From Nemertoderma westbladi (taxonomy: Eukaryota; Animalia; Xenacoelomorpha), in NCBI GenBank assembly GCA_032718475.1, contig JAUCBJ010005597.1, positions 1 through 64,000 of the forward strand: a stretch of 64,000 bases of DNA, written 5' to 3'. How positions within the stretch are numbered: the stretch's first letter is position 1; every line of letters starts with the position of its first letter. Below are positions 60,811 to 64,000 of this stretch, piece by piece. Under the pieces are notes generated by a model. The model did no database searches. It saw only the letters and a program-made list of their open reading frames with translations, and had not been told where the DNA came from. The position numbers were made by a program, and so were the translations under genes.

Positions 60811-63237
60811 GGGAGGGGTGGGGTTGGGTTGAATGGGTCGTTGGGCTAAATGGGCCTATTCTATATTTTCTGTCATATTTCGAAAAATACGTACGATGAC
60901 CACAATAATTTAATTGTTTCTCGTACCGGTCCGGTAGTCTAATAAATTTCCTTTTTATTGACCTATAATATGTTGGCATTTGAAGTTTACTTCATGTAAA
61001 TTATTGCTGGTACCGCCATAAAAACAGTCAATTTTGCTAAGCGATTTTCTGTGTTCTGGTTGGTGTGGGACGTTGAAGAATGGATTGTTGAGGTTCCCCA
61101 TTTACCAAGCTATCGTTTCATATACAGTAGTGTATCATGGAGCGTTTTAAACGAGGAGAAACGATCAATTTGTAAAACGGGGGGAAATGGGTCTATCTGA
61201 ATTTTTTAGGGCTAGAGTTCCGTATAGAACTGCATTTTTAAAACATATGCCATTGTTACTATGGCATCATTGAAGAGTTCTAGAACAATAGAAAAGTATT
61301 ATATACTATTCTAGAACATAAATAAAGTAAAAAATATAATGTTCTAGAACATATAGCTCGTTTTTTTTTTAATTTTAAAATAGCTAGTAAATTTAAAAAA
61401 ATATCCAATTTGGTAGATAAATTTTATAATAAATAAATAATATAAATAAATACATTTTTTTGTATTACTAGCTTTTTTAAATTTGAAAAATAACTAGCTA
61501 TATTTTCTAGAACATTATATTATTTGTATTATTTATATATATAAAAAATATATATATTTATATAAGTTTAAATTAAGTTAAGAAAGTTAGGGAATATGAC
61601 TGTAGGGTGTGAGATGAAGTTGTTTTAGTATAATAATATTTTAAGAATTCAAAAGGTGACAACTTATATGATCAATCACTAAAAATTTAATTTTTTATTA
61701 TTAGCTTTCGATAGCTCTCTATATCTTTTTCAAATAAACGATATTCTAGAATTATTGCACTACAAATAATAATACTACCCTAGCAACTAATGTTTGTTAA
61801 ATCTGTGAATCTTTAATCTTTATAATTCTTAAGGATTGAAAACATCAAGTCCAAAGTTATTGATCACCACCTCGTTGAGAACATTCAAACCCGTTGGTTG
61901 TAAAGTTTCCAACCGACACTGCCATTCTCCTTCTTGGGAATGGCAGTGCCGGTTGGAAACTTTACAACCAATGGGTTTGAATGTTTTAATTAACGGTTAT
62001 CCTTTAAAGTTTGGATCAGGCCAGAGTACGGTACTAACAGTTGAAGAAGAAAGGCAAATCGTGGAAGCGATTTTGTTCATTGGAAAATGCGGGTTACCGG
62101 TGGATATAGAAGTGACGTTAAAGGTATGGTAAAGTCTTTCGTAGTTGCCTTTGGAAGAAAGAATCCTTTTAAAGGATTGGGCAAAGATTGGGTTTTGCAG
62201 TTTGAAGCGAGAAACCAGGAGCTATTCCGTCGTAAATCCGAGCTATTGACCAAAGCAAAAGCTAAAGCGGTTTCTAATGAAATTTTATCTGAGTTTTTTT
62301 ACTAAATTTGAAGATATTTTGAAGGCTAATGATTTGTCGGATAAGCCTGCCCGTATCTTTAATCTGGATGAAATCGGATTGAACACAAATCCTTGTGACG
62401 GAAAGGTTTATCTCCAGTCGGGTTCTCGAGATTGTTATCAAATGGCGCCAACTTGGACTGGGACTTGTACAACTGGGACTCTGGATGTTAGTCGAGGTGG
62501 CCGGAAGTCGTGGAGGATCAAATAATTATGTTTCTAAGGTTATTGAGGTAAATAATGATAACATGGAGATTACTGTACATTAGGCATCGCGTGTAAAAGC
62601 TTGCAACAAGATTGAAGTTAGTGTTACGGTTGTACTAGCGGATCCACCGGAGTATGGTTGTCATTCATTCTCGGAGATTAGGAGAAAGTTAAATATACCA
62701 GTTGCGTCAGTAGGTAGGCCTACTAAACGTGTGCAACGCACGTTTTGCTTTGAAATAAACACCTTCGGAGAAGAAGACCTTCATTGTTTCTGCCTTGAAC
62801 TTTTAAATAATATTTAGGACTCTTATTTAGGAGAACATTATTAATATTAAATTTAATATTTTGAACTTACATTTTGACAAAATATAAGTTAAAATGTATA
62901 CAATCTATATATCAAATTTTTGCAAATTTTGTTCTGCTTTTCAACGACCCATTCAACCCGCTTTAAATCCCACAATATATAGCTAATTTTGCCAAAGATT
63001 CAACAGTCCCATTTAACCCCACACTTGACCCATTTTTCCAGACGATTCATTACTTCTAAAAACTGAAATATCTTTCCATAGAATAGTTCTCTACTGTCGA
63101 TTCTTATAAATTCAGAAACTAGAATAATACAATGTTACGTTAGATAATGTTTTTATTTCATAATGAAAGATCAAAAGCAAAAAATAGTCATTAAAAAAAT
63201 GATCCATTCAACCCCCTCCCCCCCCCCCCCCCCCCCC
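60811..63237 (+). mobile_element. Decayed pogo/Fot1-type (Tc1/mariner superfamily) DNA transposon
   Basis: TA-flanked G/C-rich TIRs with repeated gttgaatgggtc / gacccattcaac subterminal motifs. A frameshifted transposase at about 61990-62450 has a CENP-B-type HTH (VLTVEEERQIV...NPFK..GKDW...F..R) and RIFNLDE.G (first catalytic Asp); most of the DDE domain is missing. Confidence 0.75.
61880..61985. repeat. 106-bp hairpin/palindrome inside the pogo relic
   Basis: aacattcaaacccgttggttgtaaagtttccaaccgacactgccattc ... gaatggcagtgccggttggaaactttacaaccaatgggtttgaatgtt. Confidence 0.85.
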
Positions 63238-64000
63238 TAGGTTGTTTGGCTTTGTATTATTCATTTTATTCTATAATTATATATTTTTGTTGCTATGGTT
63301 AGCAACATAAATAAAATAAATTTCAATTAATTTCAATTCTTTCTTATTGTAATGATTATTTATTTCTTATTCTTATTGACAAATATATTTGAGGATTAAA
63401 TTACATTTTTATTTTTTTACTATGGCTAATAAAAAGTACTAGCTAACACAAAATCAAAATTACTAGCTACCATCTTTTTGTCAGATGGTAAAATATTTGT
63501 TCTAGAACAAAAAACGTAATAATAAAAGCAGACATTTTACAAGAAAAAGTTAGTCCATTTTTTTTTTAATTTTTCAATTATGATTTTTTCACTAGGTAAT
63601 ATAAAGTACTAGCTAACACAAAATCAAAATTACTGGCTACCTTACTGTCAGAATGTCTAATATTTGTTCTAGAACAAAAAACCTCATGATATAAACCGAT
63701 AATCACTAATAATTTTATCATTTTTTTTTAAATTTTGGCATATATACTATACTAATGCCGTACTAATGTTCTAGAACACAAAAAAGCAGTATTTTTATAA
63801 ATAAAAAAACAATATGTAGGGGCTAATATATACCGTAATAAATCATGTATCAAAAAATTAAAACAAAAAATAACTAGCTAGTCGATTAGCTAATGTTCTA
63901 GAACACAATATTTTTTTGAAAATTAAGTTGCAATGAAGTCGTTGGTAATATTACTATGCAAAAAGTACATAATTTCATTAATTACTATCAAATGCGACTG

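Overview
AT-rich, repeat-dense invertebrate (metazoan) genomic DNA, not prokaryotic. The main feature is a complete, hand-spliced AP-3 complex mu-subunit gene (AP3M1/2-like) on the minus strand, CDS 42647->13932, with 10 coding exons giving 417 aa. It has a tandemly duplicated exon 5 (5a 27781-27907, 5b 25852-25981) with identical splice phases, which looks like a mutually exclusive pair that rewrites part of the YxxPhi cargo-binding pocket. It also has a 48-nt tandem amplification of the exon-8 donor giving 17 in-frame GT donors, a GC-AG intron, and about 18 kb of intronic tandem repeats (49-, 43-, 22-, 315- and 48-nt units). Other genes: an intronless TMEM70 (+), an intronless, highly divergent SLC6 transporter (-), the 5' part of a calcineurin-B/CHP/CIB-like EF-hand gene running off the left edge (-), and an alpha-kinase pseudogene split by a LINE fragment. 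Mobile DNA: three RTE-like LINE copies (one apparently full length, nested in a TTAA piggyBac-type MITE), two tRNA-derived SINE copies, Helentron/HINE-like satellite carriers, several MITEs/foldbacks and a decayed pogo-type transposon. All calls come from manual reading and translation plus remembered family motifs; no database searches were run.
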